Source of the DNA: Candidatus Nanopelagicales bacterium
Lineage (GTDB): Bacteria > Actinomycetota > Actinomycetes > S36-B12
Assembly: GCA_044360385.1 (NCBI GenBank)
Contig: JBIKKK010000002.1
Span: 1 to 46,909 of the forward strand
Length of the DNA: 46,909 nucleotides
Reading direction: 5' to 3'
A program made the translations under genes and the position numbers. Below the pieces are notes generated by a model. That model saw nothing but the letters and a program-made list of their open reading frames with translations, had not been told where the DNA came from and ran no database searches. Positions 25,551-36,859 of the stretch are shown in pieces (the first letter of the stretch is position 1; every line of letters begins with the position of its first letter).

Positions 25551-27775
25551 CCGCCCGGCGACTGAGCGCGATCGTCTACGGCGACGTCAACCTCAACATC
25601 CTCGACGGGTCGGCCATCTGGGTTCAGTCGATGAGCGAGGCACTGTCGCGTGCGGGGGTCGACGTGCGCGTCCTCCTCAAGGCTCCCGTGGAGACAGGGC
25701 GCCTCGTCGATCCCCTGCGCGCGCTGCCCTCGGTCACCGTCGTGGATCCCTTCGAGTCCGGGATGACCTCGGGGCGCACGTCGCTCTCAGCTCCCGAAGC
25801 CGTCTCGCTCATCGAGCGCCTCGACGGCGAAGCCCATGCCGACCTTGTCGTGGTGCGCGGTCTGCGGCTGGTGAGCGCGGCTGCGGCATCCCCTCGACTG
25901 CACGGCCGCCTCTGGGCCTATCTCACCGACATCCCGCAGAGTCCACTCGACATGGACGACGAGCAGCGCGATCGGCTCGCCACCATCGCGGCCGCCAGCC
26001 GCTGGATGCTGTGCCAGACCGAGGAGTTGCGCTCCCTGATCGAGGCGAGCATCCCCGGCACGGGCGGCCGGTGCGTGCTGTGGAGCCCGATCGTGCCCGC
26101 GCCCGAGATCGACGTGCCCGAGCGAGATGACGCCGGCGCACCCCTGCGACTCATCTATACGGGCAAGTTCGCACCCCTGTGGAACACGCTCGAGATGACA
26201 CGACTTCCCGCCTTGCTTGCGGAGCAGGGCATCTCTGCCGAGGTCCACATGGTGGGCGACAAGATCCACGAAGTCCCCGACGACCCTGACTGGTCCTCGC
26301 GGATGCGAGCGGCGCTCGAGTCGACTCCGGGCGTCATCTGGCACGGGGGCATGCCGCGCCAGGAGGCCATGGCCATCGCGGCCTCGGGTGACCTCGGCCT
26401 CTCGTGGCGCGCGCCAGAGATGGATGCGAGCTTGGAACTCAGCACCAAGGTGCTCGAGTTCGGCGTACTCGGGGTGCCCGTCCTCCTCAATCGCACGCCG
26501 ATGCACGCGGCGATCCTCGGCGATGACTACCCGCTCTTCGTCGCCGACGAATCCGACATCGCCGCGGCCTGCGCCGCCGTCACCCGCGAACCCGGGCTCC
26601 TGGCGCAACTGGGGCAGCGCATCACGGGCTCCGTGGCTCCCTTCCGCATGGAGGCGGCTACTCAGCGCCTGCGCGCCGTGCTCGAGCGCACCTTCCCTCC
26701 GGCGCCCGCGGCCCTCGAGGCGGCCACTCAGGCCGCAGGGCGCCCGCTGCGTGTCGTCGTGGCGAGCCATGACCTGAAGTTCTTCACGCGCATCCAGGAG
26801 CACCTCGCGGGGCTGCCGGGCGTTGAGCTCCGCCTTGATCACTGGGAGGCGCTCTCGGTGCACGACGTGTCCACCAGTGAGTCCATGGCCGCGTGGGCCG
26901 ATGTCGTCATCTGCGAGTGGGCAGGCCCCAACCTCGTCTGGTACTCACGACACAAGCGCGCGAGTCAGCGCCTCATCGTGCGCCTGCACCGATTCGAGCT
27001 TGAGGCCGGCTGGCTTGCTGACGTGCGCGCCGAGGCCATCGATCAGGTCGTCTGCGTGAGTCCCTTCTATGCGCAACTCACGGCAGAGAAGACCGGATGG
27101 CCGGCAGATCGCATTGTGGTGATTCCCAACTGGGTCGATGTCGAGCAGTTCGACCGGCCCAAGTTGGCGGGCGCAGAGTTCACGCTCGGCATGATCGGCA
27201 TCTCACCACACCGCAAGCGTCCCGATCTCGGCGTGGAGATCCTGGCGCGCTTGCGCCGACGCGATCGACGCTTCCGGCTGGCGATCAAGTCCAAGATGCC
27301 GTGGGACTACTGGTGGATCTGGCGCAAGCCGGAGGAGCGCGCCGAGGCCGAGCGCCTCTTCCACCGCCTGCACGACGATCCCGTGGTCGCCGGGGCGGTG
27401 ACCTTCGACGGCTTCGGCGGAGACGTGGCCTCGTGGCTTCGCCGCGTCGGCTGGGTCCTGTCGACCTCGGATGACGAGAGCTTCCACCTGGCGCCCGCGG
27501 AAGGGATGGCCTCGGGTGGCGTGCCCGCGCTCCTGCCCTGGCCGGGCGCGGACACCATCTACGACACCAGGTGGATCCACGCTGATCCCGCGGCAGCCGC
27601 CGACGCCATCTACGACGTCGTCGCGTCAGGTCAGTGGGATGCCACCCGCGCCATCGCGAGAGATCAGGTCAGCGCGTCCTTCTCGTTGGAGGCGGTGTGC
27701 GACACCTGGGCGAGCATCCTCGTGGAGGATCTCTCCCCGGACACCGCGCACGGCACTCTCGCGCGCGACGCCTAG
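25547..27775 (+). CDS. Two-module GT-B glycosyltransferase (candidate bifunctional polymerase)
   Basis: 742 aa. Module 1 ends with LELSTKVLEFGVLGVPVLL. Module 2 has DDESFHLAPAEGMASGGVPALL (EX7E). Each module has its own N-terminal Rossmann-like half (AIVYGDVNLNILDGSAIW...; LRVVVASHDLKFF...). Confidence 0.7.
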   Translation: MTARRLSAIVYGDVNLNILDGSAIWVQSMSEALSRAGVDVRVLLKAPVETGRLVDPLRALPSVTVVDPFESGMTSGRTSLSAPEAVSLIERLDGEAHADLVVVRGLRLVSAAAASPRLHGRLWAYLTDIPQSPLDMDDEQRDRLATIAAASRWMLCQTEELRSLIEASIPGTGGRCVLWSPIVPAPEIDVPERDDAGAPLRLIYTGKFAPLWNTLEMTRLPALLAEQGISAEVHMVGDKIHEVPDDPDWSSRMRAALESTPGVIWHGGMPRQEAMAIAASGDLGLSWRAPEMDASLELSTKVLEFGVLGVPVLLNRTPMHAAILGDDYPLFVADESDIAAACAAVTREPGLLAQLGQRITGSVAPFRMEAATQRLRAVLERTFPPAPAALEAATQAAGRPLRVVVASHDLKFFTRIQEHLAGLPGVELRLDHWEALSVHDVSTSESMAAWADVVICEWAGPNLVWYSRHKRASQRLIVRLHRFELEAGWLADVRAEAIDQVVCVSPFYAQLTAEKTGWPADRIVVIPNWVDVEQFDRPKLAGAEFTLGMIGISPHRKRPDLGVEILARLRRRDRRFRLAIKSKMPWDYWWIWRKPEERAEAERLFHRLHDDPVVAGAVTFDGFGGDVASWLRRVGWVLSTSDDESFHLAPAEGMASGGVPALLPWPGADTIYDTRWIHADPAAAADAIYDVVASGQWDATRAIARDQVSASFSLEAVCDTWASILVEDLSPDTAHGTLARDA

Positions 27776-28677
27776 ATCGCGGCGGACTCGGGCGGGAAGA
27801 CGGCGGAGTACGCCGCGGTGCCGTCACGGCACTCCGCGAGCGCCAGGAGCGCGTCCCCGTTTACGAAGGCGACAGTCCCCTCCTCTGCGGTGCCGCCCGG
27901 CCACGGGATCCGGACTCCATGGGTGACCGCACGGACCATGTCGTCGGGGATCTCCACCCAGGGCAGGGATCTGCGTGCGGCCGCCGCGGCCGATAGGAGT
28001 GGCCCGCGACCCAGGTCCTCCGGCCCGCATGCCTCCTCCAGCGTGAAGTCACCGGAGCGCGTGCGGCGCAGGGCCTCGACGTGACCACCGACTCCCATGG
28101 CATCACCGACATCGCGCGCGAGTGCGCGGACATAGGTCCCGGCCGAGCAGGACACTCGCACATCGATACGCGTGACCGGGATCCCGGCGACCTCTGCCTG
28201 ACGCAGGTCGAGCAGGTCGAAGGCCTCGATGCTCACCTCGCGCTCGGGGACCTCGACATCCTCACCCGCACGCACACGCTCGTGCGCCCGCCGACCATCG
28301 ATGCGCACGGCACTCACCGCACTCGGCCGCTGGCTCACCTGCCCGCGCCACGGGCTCATGGCCGCCTCGACCTCATGGGCGGACACCCGGGCGCCCTCGG
28401 CACGAAGCACGTCGCCCTGTGCGTCATCCGTCGAGGTGGCAATGCCAAGAGCGATGGTCGCGACGTATTCCTTGCCCTGCGCGGAGAGGTGACCGAGAAG
28501 CCGTGTCGCGCTGCCTAGTCCGAGGACCAGGACTCCCGTGGCAAGTGGGTCGAGCGTGCCCGCATGACCCACCCGACGTGTGCCCCATGCCTTGCGGGCG
28601 CGCGCGACCATGGCATGCGACGTCGGGCCCTCGGGCTTATCGAGGATGACGATGCCGTGCGGGCCCGCGGCCGTCAT
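27772..28677 (-). CDS. truB: tRNA pseudouridine(55) synthase
   Basis: GIVILDKPEGPTSH and GHAGTLDPLATGVLVLG (catalytic Asp motif). Confidence 0.95.
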   Translation of the reverse strand: MTAAGPHGIVILDKPEGPTSHAMVARARKAWGTRRVGHAGTLDPLATGVLVLGLGSATRLLGHLSAQGKEYVATIALGIATSTDDAQGDVLRAEGARVSAHEVEAAMSPWRGQVSQRPSAVSAVRIDGRRAHERVRAGEDVEVPEREVSIEAFDLLDLRQAEVAGIPVTRIDVRVSCSAGTYVRALARDVGDAMGVGGHVEALRRTRSGDFTLEEACGPEDLGRGPLLSAAAAARRSLPWVEIPDDMVRAVTHGVRIPWPGGTAEEGTVAFVNGDALLALAECRDGTAAYSAVFPPESAAI

Positions 28678-29114
28678 CCGGTCGCGTCCTCCTCCTCCGA
28701 GGGGTGGCGGTAGGGATCGGGGTCTCCGGCGTACAGCGCACCGGTGGCCTGAGCATGCACCTGGGCATCGGACTCGGCCGCAGCCCGCAGCAGGTCGTCG
28801 ATGTGCTTGGCGTTGTCGGGCAGCGCATCGAGCACGAAGGCCAAGGAGGGTGTGTGCTTGATACCGGTCTGGCGCCCTACCTCGGTGCGCAGGATGCCCT
28901 TGGCGGACTCGAGGGCCGCCGCCGTCGCGGCGCGCTCTTCGTCATCGCCGTAGACGGTGTAGAAGACGGTCGCCTCGCGCAAGTCAGGGGTGACGCGAGC
29001 ATCCGTGACCGTGATGAATCCCAACCGCGGATCCTTGACCTTCATCTCCAAGGTCTCAGCGACGATTTCGCGGACGCGGTCCGCAAGCTTGCGAGCTCGT
29101 GCCTCCGAGGCCAT
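28674..29114 (-). CDS. rbfA: Ribosome-binding factor A
   Basis: RKLADRVREIVAETLE..KDPRLGFITVTDARVTPDLREATVFY: RbfA KH-like signature. The truB start overlaps its stop. Confidence 0.95.
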   Translation of the reverse strand: MASEARARKLADRVREIVAETLEMKVKDPRLGFITVTDARVTPDLREATVFYTVYGDDEERAATAAALESAKGILRTEVGRQTGIKHTPSLAFVLDALPDNAKHIDDLLRAAAESDAQVHAQATGALYAGDPDPYRHPSEEEDATG

Positions 29115-29419
29115 CAGCGCACTCCTTCGTCATCGCCGCCGAACCATCGTCGGCGGGCTCCCACCAGCGTGATCTCCGGGTGGCCGGAGACCCACTCCTC
29201 ACATGCATCCACCACGCCCTGCGCGTGCGCAGCCTCCCCCGAGACAGCGGCGACCGTGATCAAGGCCCTCCTGTGGAGATCCTGGTAGTCGGTCTCGGCA
29301 ACCGCCACCTCGAACCTCCTGCGCAGTTCCTTGACGATCGGCTTCACCACGGCTCGCTTTCCCTTCAGCGAGTGGACATCGCCGAGGAGGATGTCCATCT
29401 CGCAGGTCGCCACGAACAC
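29114..29419 (-). CDS. DUF503 (YlxP-like) protein
   Basis: 101 aa, ...EMDILLGDVHSLKGKRAVVKPIVKELRRRF...; conserved position between infB and rbfA. Its stop overlaps the rbfA ATG by 1 nt. Confidence 0.85.
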   Translation of the reverse strand: MFVATCEMDILLGDVHSLKGKRAVVKPIVKELRRRFEVAVAETDYQDLHRRALITVAAVSGEAAHAQGVVDACEEWVSGHPEITLVGARRRWFGGDDEGVR

Positions 29420-29429
29420 GATCGGGACC

Positions 29430-32192
<2,763 letters not shown>

Positions 32193-32323
32193 GACTCTCC
32201 TGTCTTTGGTCCGGGAGCGCGCTACGGGCGCGCGGCCGGACCGTCAGTGCTGGACGACCCTGCTCATGGCTGGGTGCTCATCGGTGGCTCATCCTCGGAT
32301 GCCCCATCTCTGCGGCTACGCGA

Positions 32324-32599
32324 CTACGGTTCTTCGGACGACTGCATGCGCTCCACGAACTCCCTCAACACCGTGAGATCCGGTGTCGCGGTCGCCCGCA
32401 GCGCGCGAGTGAACGCCTTGCGGCGCTCGGCGGCCTCCAGGCAGCCGGGGTGCAACCACGCTCCCCGGCCTGGACGGATGGCCTCCGGGTCGGGGCTCAC
32501 CGCCCCGGCGTCGAGGACCACCCTGAGGAGGCCTTCCGGTGAGCTCCTCCCACGGCACCCGATGCAGGTGCGCACGCTTAAGGTGCGGGCTGCGCTCAC
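32324..32599 (-). CDS. YlxR family (DUF448) RNA-binding protein
   Basis: 91 aa with RTCIGCR and GRGAWLHP motifs; conserved position between nusA and infB. Confidence 0.85.
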   Translation of the reverse strand: MSAARTLSVRTCIGCRGRSSPEGLLRVVLDAGAVSPDPEAIRPGRGAWLHPGCLEAAERRKAFTRALRATATPDLTVLREFVERMQSSEEP

Positions 32600-32672
32600 A
32601 TCGGTCCCGGGTCAGATCCACTCGGACGCCCGAGTGTAACGCCGCTGGGGCCGCCACCGGGCACCGGTGCCA

Positions 32673-33755
32673 TCAGGACGGCGCGGCTCCCTCGCCAGCC
32701 TCGGGGGGAGGTGCTTGGGCAGGAGAGCCCGACAGGGGCGGCTCCGCCGACCCGCCGGGCACCGCCGGCTCCGTGTCGGGCCGAATGTCGATCCGCCAAC
32801 CCGTGAGCCTGGCGGCGAGTCGGGCATTTTGCCCCTCGCGCCCAATGGCCAGGGAGAGCTGGTAGTCCGGCACGGTCACTCGAGCCGCTCGGGCGGCCAG
32901 GTCGACGACCTCCACTTTGCTCACGCGAGCCGGTGAGAGGGCGTGGGCGATGAGCTCGGCGGGGTCTTCGCTGAAGTCGACGATGTCGATCTTCTCGCCT
33001 CCGAGCTCGCTCATGACCTGGCGCACACGCTGGCCCATCGGGCCGATGCAAGCTCCCTTGGCGTTGAGGCCCGGCACCGTGGATCGGACGGCGATCTTGG
33101 TGCGATGCCCGGCCTCGCGCGCCAGGCCCGCGATCTCCACGGACCCGTCGGCAATTTCGGGCACCTCAAGCGCGAAGAGTCCGCGGACAAGCCCGGGGTG
33201 CGATCGCGAGACGGTGACCTGCGGGCCACGCGGGCCCTTGCGCACGCTCGTGACGACGCACTTGATGCGCGTGCCGTGGGGATAGGTCTCCCCGGGGACC
33301 TGCTCCGATGGAGGCAGGACGGCCTCCACCTTGCCCAGGTCGACTCGGACGACGCGAGGATCGCTGCCCTGCTGGATGACGCCGGATACGAGATCGCCCT
33401 CGGTACCGGAGAACTCCCCGAACGTCCGGTCACTCTCCGCGTCCCGAAGCCGCTGCAGCAGCACCTGGCGCGCAGTGGCGGCAGCAACGCGCCCGAAGTC
33501 CGTGGGGGTGTCGTCGTACTCCTTGGACTCCGGCAGGGCCTCGCCCGCCACCTGCTCGCCGACGGGTGCGGCTTCACGCGCCCAGACGGTGACGTGCCCC
33601 GTCTTGCGGTCCAATTCGACGCGCGCGTCGGCGGACGCCCCCTCGGTGCGCTGATACGCCATGAGGAGGGCCTGCTCGATCGAGTCGGCGACGAGGTCCC
33701 AGGAGAGTTCCTTCTCGCGCACGAGTGCCTTGAGCGCATTGACATCAATGTCCAT
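32673..33755 (-). CDS. nusA: Transcription termination/antitermination factor NusA
   Basis: N-terminal domain, S1 ([10 protein letters not shown]...) and KH1/KH2 (GHRTKIAV...[26 protein letters not shown]). ATG 33755 overlaps the rimP stop (TGATG) and follows AGGAGGAGG. Confidence 0.95.
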   Translation of the reverse strand: MDIDVNALKALVREKELSWDLVADSIEQALLMAYQRTEGASADARVELDRKTGHVTVWAREAAPVGEQVAGEALPESKEYDDTPTDFGRVAAATARQVLLQRLRDAESDRTFGEFSGTEGDLVSGVIQQGSDPRVVRVDLGKVEAVLPPSEQVPGETYPHGTRIKCVVTSVRKGPRGPQVTVSRSHPGLVRGLFALEVPEIADGSVEIAGLAREAGHRTKIAVRSTVPGLNAKGACIGPMGQRVRQVMSELGGEKIDIVDFSEDPAELIAHALSPARVSKVEVVDLAARAARVTVPDYQLSLAIGREGQNARLAARLTGWRIDIRPDTEPAVPGGSAEPPLSGSPAQAPPPEAGEGAAPS

Positions 33756-34288
33756 CACGCCTCCTCCTGGTCCGCCGTGTGGTCACCGGAAGGCGACTGC
33801 TCCGGTCGCTTGAACTCCACCTGGACCTCGCCGCGGACGACGTCGGACCAGGGGGTACGCCGCTCCGCCGTCTCTGCGGTGCCGCGCTCATCCGCGGCGA
33901 CGACGAGCGCATCATCATCCGCTCCCCTGATGCGCCCATCCCAGGTCGAGCCGTCCGTGAGGACGACCCTGACACGACGACCGACGTTGCGCCGCCAGTG
34001 CCGCGGCAGCGTGAGAGGCCGATCGATCCCCGGGGAGGTGACCTCGAGGGTGTAGGCGTCAGCACCCATCGCATCACTGGCGTCCAGCGCCTCGGACACG
34101 GCACGACTCGCAGCGGCGATGCCGTCGAGGTCGACGCCACCGTCGCGATCGACGACGACGCTCACACGCCGACGACGTCCTGAGGACTGCACGTCGAGAT
34201 CCTCGAGATCGAGGCCGAGTGCGGTGACGACAGGCTCCACTGCGAGGCGAACCGCCACGTCTCCACCGTGACGCGAGGGACCTCCCAT
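33755..34288 (-). CDS. rimP: Ribosome maturation factor RimP
   Basis: ...[14 protein letters not shown]... RimP signature. ATG 34288 is preceded by GGGAGG. The ORF-track GTG 34315 is an alternative. Confidence 0.9.
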   Translation of the reverse strand: MGGPSRHGGDVAVRLAVEPVVTALGLDLEDLDVQSSGRRRRVSVVVDRDGGVDLDGIAAASRAVSEALDASDAMGADAYTLEVTSPGIDRPLTLPRHWRRNVGRRVRVVLTDGSTWDGRIRGADDDALVVAADERGTAETAERRTPWSDVVRGEVQVEFKRPEQSPSGDHTADQEEA

Positions 34289-34428
34289 GGCACCTCCCTC
34301 GTCACGCCTGTTCACGTGTCAGTTATTCACGTGTCGCATCCTGTTGCATTTTGACTTCGCGGGCCGACGGGCACGTGCTCACCGCGGCGCGCCGAAGCCG
34401 ACAGCCTGAGGGTACCTCCTCCCGTGGC

Positions 34429-34956
34429 ATGCTGACCGGCGTGCATGGTCCCGAGACCCCCGAGGCGCCCCCGCCGCCGGGTGCGCGCCTCACCCGCCGA
34501 GCCCTCCTTGGCGGTTCGGCCCTCGTGGGCGCCTCACTCATCGCCGCGGCGTGCACTCCGGCCCCGGGACCGGAGCCTTCCGATAGCTCCGACGCACCGG
34601 CACCCGACGCTGACGCGCAGGTGCGTGCCGCGGTGGCCGCTGACGAGGCCTCTCTCATCGCGTTGTACGACGCGGTGATCGCTGCCCATCCCGCCCTGGC
34701 GTCGGACCTCGCTGCACTCCGCGACGAGCACCGCGAGCACGCAGATGCCATGGGAGTCACCCCGACCCCAGCCGCTCCTCCGGTCGTCGGCTCGCGCACC
34801 GAGGCTCTGGCCGCCCTGACGGATGCCGAGAAGCGTGCGGTGGGCCAGCGCACTGCGGCATGCGAGGCCGCTGCCGCAGAGGATCTCGCCAGGCTCACGG
34901 CCCTCATCGCCGCGTCCGAGGCCGGGCATGCGGAGTACCTGCGAGGACTGACGTGA
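34429..34956 (+). CDS. Tat-signal (possible lipoprotein) Ala-rich protein, ferritin-like/DUF4439-type
   Basis: Twin-arginine signal RLTRRALLGGSALVGASLIAAAC, then a helical Ala-rich domain (ASLIALYDAVIAAHPALASDLAALRDEHREH). Start is uncertain: ATG 34429, GTG 34441 or TTG 34351. Confidence 0.6.
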   Translation: MLTGVHGPETPEAPPPPGARLTRRALLGGSALVGASLIAAACTPAPGPEPSDSSDAPAPDADAQVRAAVAADEASLIALYDAVIAAHPALASDLAALRDEHREHADAMGVTPTPAAPPVVGSRTEALAALTDAEKRAVGQRTAACEAAAAEDLARLTALIAASEAGHAEYLRGLT

Positions 34957-35354
34957 GGCCCACTGCCGACACGGCACTGCAGTCCGCGATCCTCGGAGAG
35001 GAGGCAGCGGTGTACGCCTACGGCGTCGCGGGACCCTGGCTCGAGGGCAATGATCGCGACCTGGCCCTGGGCGGACTCGCGGCCCACCGGGCACGCGTCC
35101 TCGTGCTGCGCGGCTCGGCATCGGACGCCGACGAGTCAGGTGCACCCGGAGGATTCGTGAGCGGTCCGGTCGACTCCGCCGAGTCAGCACGCGCGCTGCT
35201 CGCCGGGGTCGAGGCGCGTCTCGCAGCGACGTACGCCGACCTCGCCGCTGCGGTGACAGGAGGCGAGCGTCGCAATGCCGTGCTCTCCGCTTGCGAATGC
35301 TCGGTCCGCTCCATCGCCTGGGGCGGCTCGACGGCGGCCTTCCCCGGCCGATAA
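34953..35354 (+). CDS. Ferritin-like DUF4439-type protein (no signal peptide)
   Basis: GTG 34953 overlaps the upstream stop (GTGA). TALQSAILGEEAAVYAYGVAG... is a helical-bundle-like sequence. Confidence 0.6.
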   Translation: MRPTADTALQSAILGEEAAVYAYGVAGPWLEGNDRDLALGGLAAHRARVLVLRGSASDADESGAPGGFVSGPVDSAESARALLAGVEARLAATYADLAAAVTGGERRNAVLSACECSVRSIAWGGSTAAFPGR

Positions 35355-35372
35355 TCGCCCCCGTCACTTCAC

Positions 35373-36146
35373 CTAGAGCGTGACGACCGTCTGCCAGGCA
35401 AGGACGGCGATCAAGGCTCCCGTGACCGCGAGCAAGACGATGCGCACGAAGCCGCTGCCGCGGGCGATCGCCGTGCGCGCACCGACGATGGCCCCCGCCA
35501 CATTGCACGCGGCCATGAGCAGACCGACGATCCACAGCACCGAACCGCTGAGCCCGAAGACGATGAGCGAAGCGGCGTTCGTGCCAACATTGACGATCTT
35601 GGCGGTGGCCGACGCCTGCAGGAAGGTGTAGCCGACCGCCGCAACCAGCAAGACGATGAGGAAGGATCCGGTCCCCGGGCCCACCGCTCCGTCGTAGAAG
35701 CCGATGACCAGGCCGCCAACGATCGCCGTGACGAGATGTCGCCGCCGGGAGACCTCCCGCGCGCTCATCCCGAAGTCGCGTCGGAAGGCAATGAAGAGCC
35801 AGACCAGGATCAGAGCCACGAGGATGATCGGCCGATATACGGCCGCGGGCAGATGGATCGCCACGAAGGACCCGAGTGCGGCCCCGGCAAAGGCTGCGCC
35901 GGCCATCGGCAGCGCCGTGCGTAGTCGCGGCATCTCGATGCGCCCGTAGGTGATCGCCGCGGCGGATGTCCCGAAGATCGACGAGAGCTTGTTGGTACCG
36001 AGAGCCAGGGCCGGCTTGTCAGCGGGTGTCGCCAGCAGCAGCGCCGGCAACTGGAGGAGCCCTCCCCCACCGCTCACGGCATCGACCCAGCCTGCGGCCG
36101 CCGCGACCACGCAGAGCAGCACGATGACGTACCACTCCGGTGTCAT
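35373..36146 (-). CDS. TSUP (TauE/SafE) family anion exporter
   Basis: 257-aa polytopic membrane protein with internal duplication and typical GGGGLLQLP / GPGTGSFL motifs. Confidence 0.85.
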   Translation of the reverse strand: MTPEWYVIVLLCVVAAAAGWVDAVSGGGGLLQLPALLLATPADKPALALGTNKLSSIFGTSAAAITYGRIEMPRLRTALPMAGAAFAGAALGSFVAIHLPAAVYRPIILVALILVWLFIAFRRDFGMSAREVSRRRHLVTAIVGGLVIGFYDGAVGPGTGSFLIVLLVAAVGYTFLQASATAKIVNVGTNAASLIVFGLSGSVLWIVGLLMAACNVAGAIVGARTAIARGSGFVRIVLLAVTGALIAVLAWQTVVTL

Positions 36147-36859
36147 CGAGACCCCTGCCAGGACAGCACGATGTCGAGAACGTCCAAGAGTCGTTCGACC
36201 ACGGCATCCGGCACCACGTCGATGTCGACGGCCTGATCGCCGAGGCGCGAATGCGGGATGAGGATGGCGCGCATCCCGGCCTGCTGCGCACCGTGCACGT
36301 CGTCCCAGGGTCGGTCGCCCACGAACACCGTCCGGGCAGGGACCGAGTCGACGGCCACGATCGCCGCGCGGAAGGCATCGGCATGGGGCTTCGCCACGGG
36401 TATCTCGCTGGAGTAGACCGCCGCGTCGATGAACGGGGTGAGACCGTCGCGAGAGAAGACCGCCTCATGGTGCCACCGCGGCCACAGGGTGTTGGAGAGC
36501 ACGCCCACGCGGATACCCGCCGACCTCAGGGCCTCGAGGAGAGGGCGCGCATCGGGATCGGCGAGCGTGTGTGGATCCCATGCCTCGAGGTAGGAAGCCA
36601 GCGCGAAGCCATGCCGCGCCTCGGAAATGTCGACTCCGCAGGAAGCGAAGACATGATCGAGCGTGCCCGTGCCATTGGCCCCGCGGGATGCCTGCTGCTT
36701 GCGCCAGAGGCTCACCTCGGCAGCGGCGAGACGCTCGGCCAGGCCGTGATCCGAGGGGGCGTAGACCACGGCGTACGCCGACCACTGCTCGACGAGATCG
36801 ATGTCGTGCCAGGGCGTGAGCGTCCCACCCCAGTCGAAGACGACGGCGTCGACCGTCAT
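36143..36859 (-). CDS. HAD-superfamily hydrolase (subfamily IA-like)
   Basis: Motif [10 protein letters not shown], motif II VLSNT, motif [12 protein letters not shown]. Overlaps the proS stop and the TSUP start (ATGA). Confidence 0.8.
   Translation of the reverse strand: MTVDAVVFDWGGTLTPWHDIDLVEQWSAYAVVYAPSDHGLAERLAAAEVSLWRKQQASRGANGTGTLDHVFASCGVDISEARHGFALASYLEAWDPHTLADPDARPLLEALRSAGIRVGVLSNTLWPRWHHEAVFSRDGLTPFIDAAVYSSEIPVAKPHADAFRAAIVAVDSVPARTVFVGDRPWDDVHGAQQAGMRAILIPHSRLGDQAVDIDVVPDAVVERLLDVLDIVLSWQGSR

Noticed and set aside
14857-27775. Mobile genetic island or prophage origin of the glycan locus
   Set aside because: I see no integrase, transposase, tRNA attachment site or flanking direct repeats. 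The gene ends are fused to core genes (CTAG overlap with truB). I treat it as a non-mobile accessory locus.
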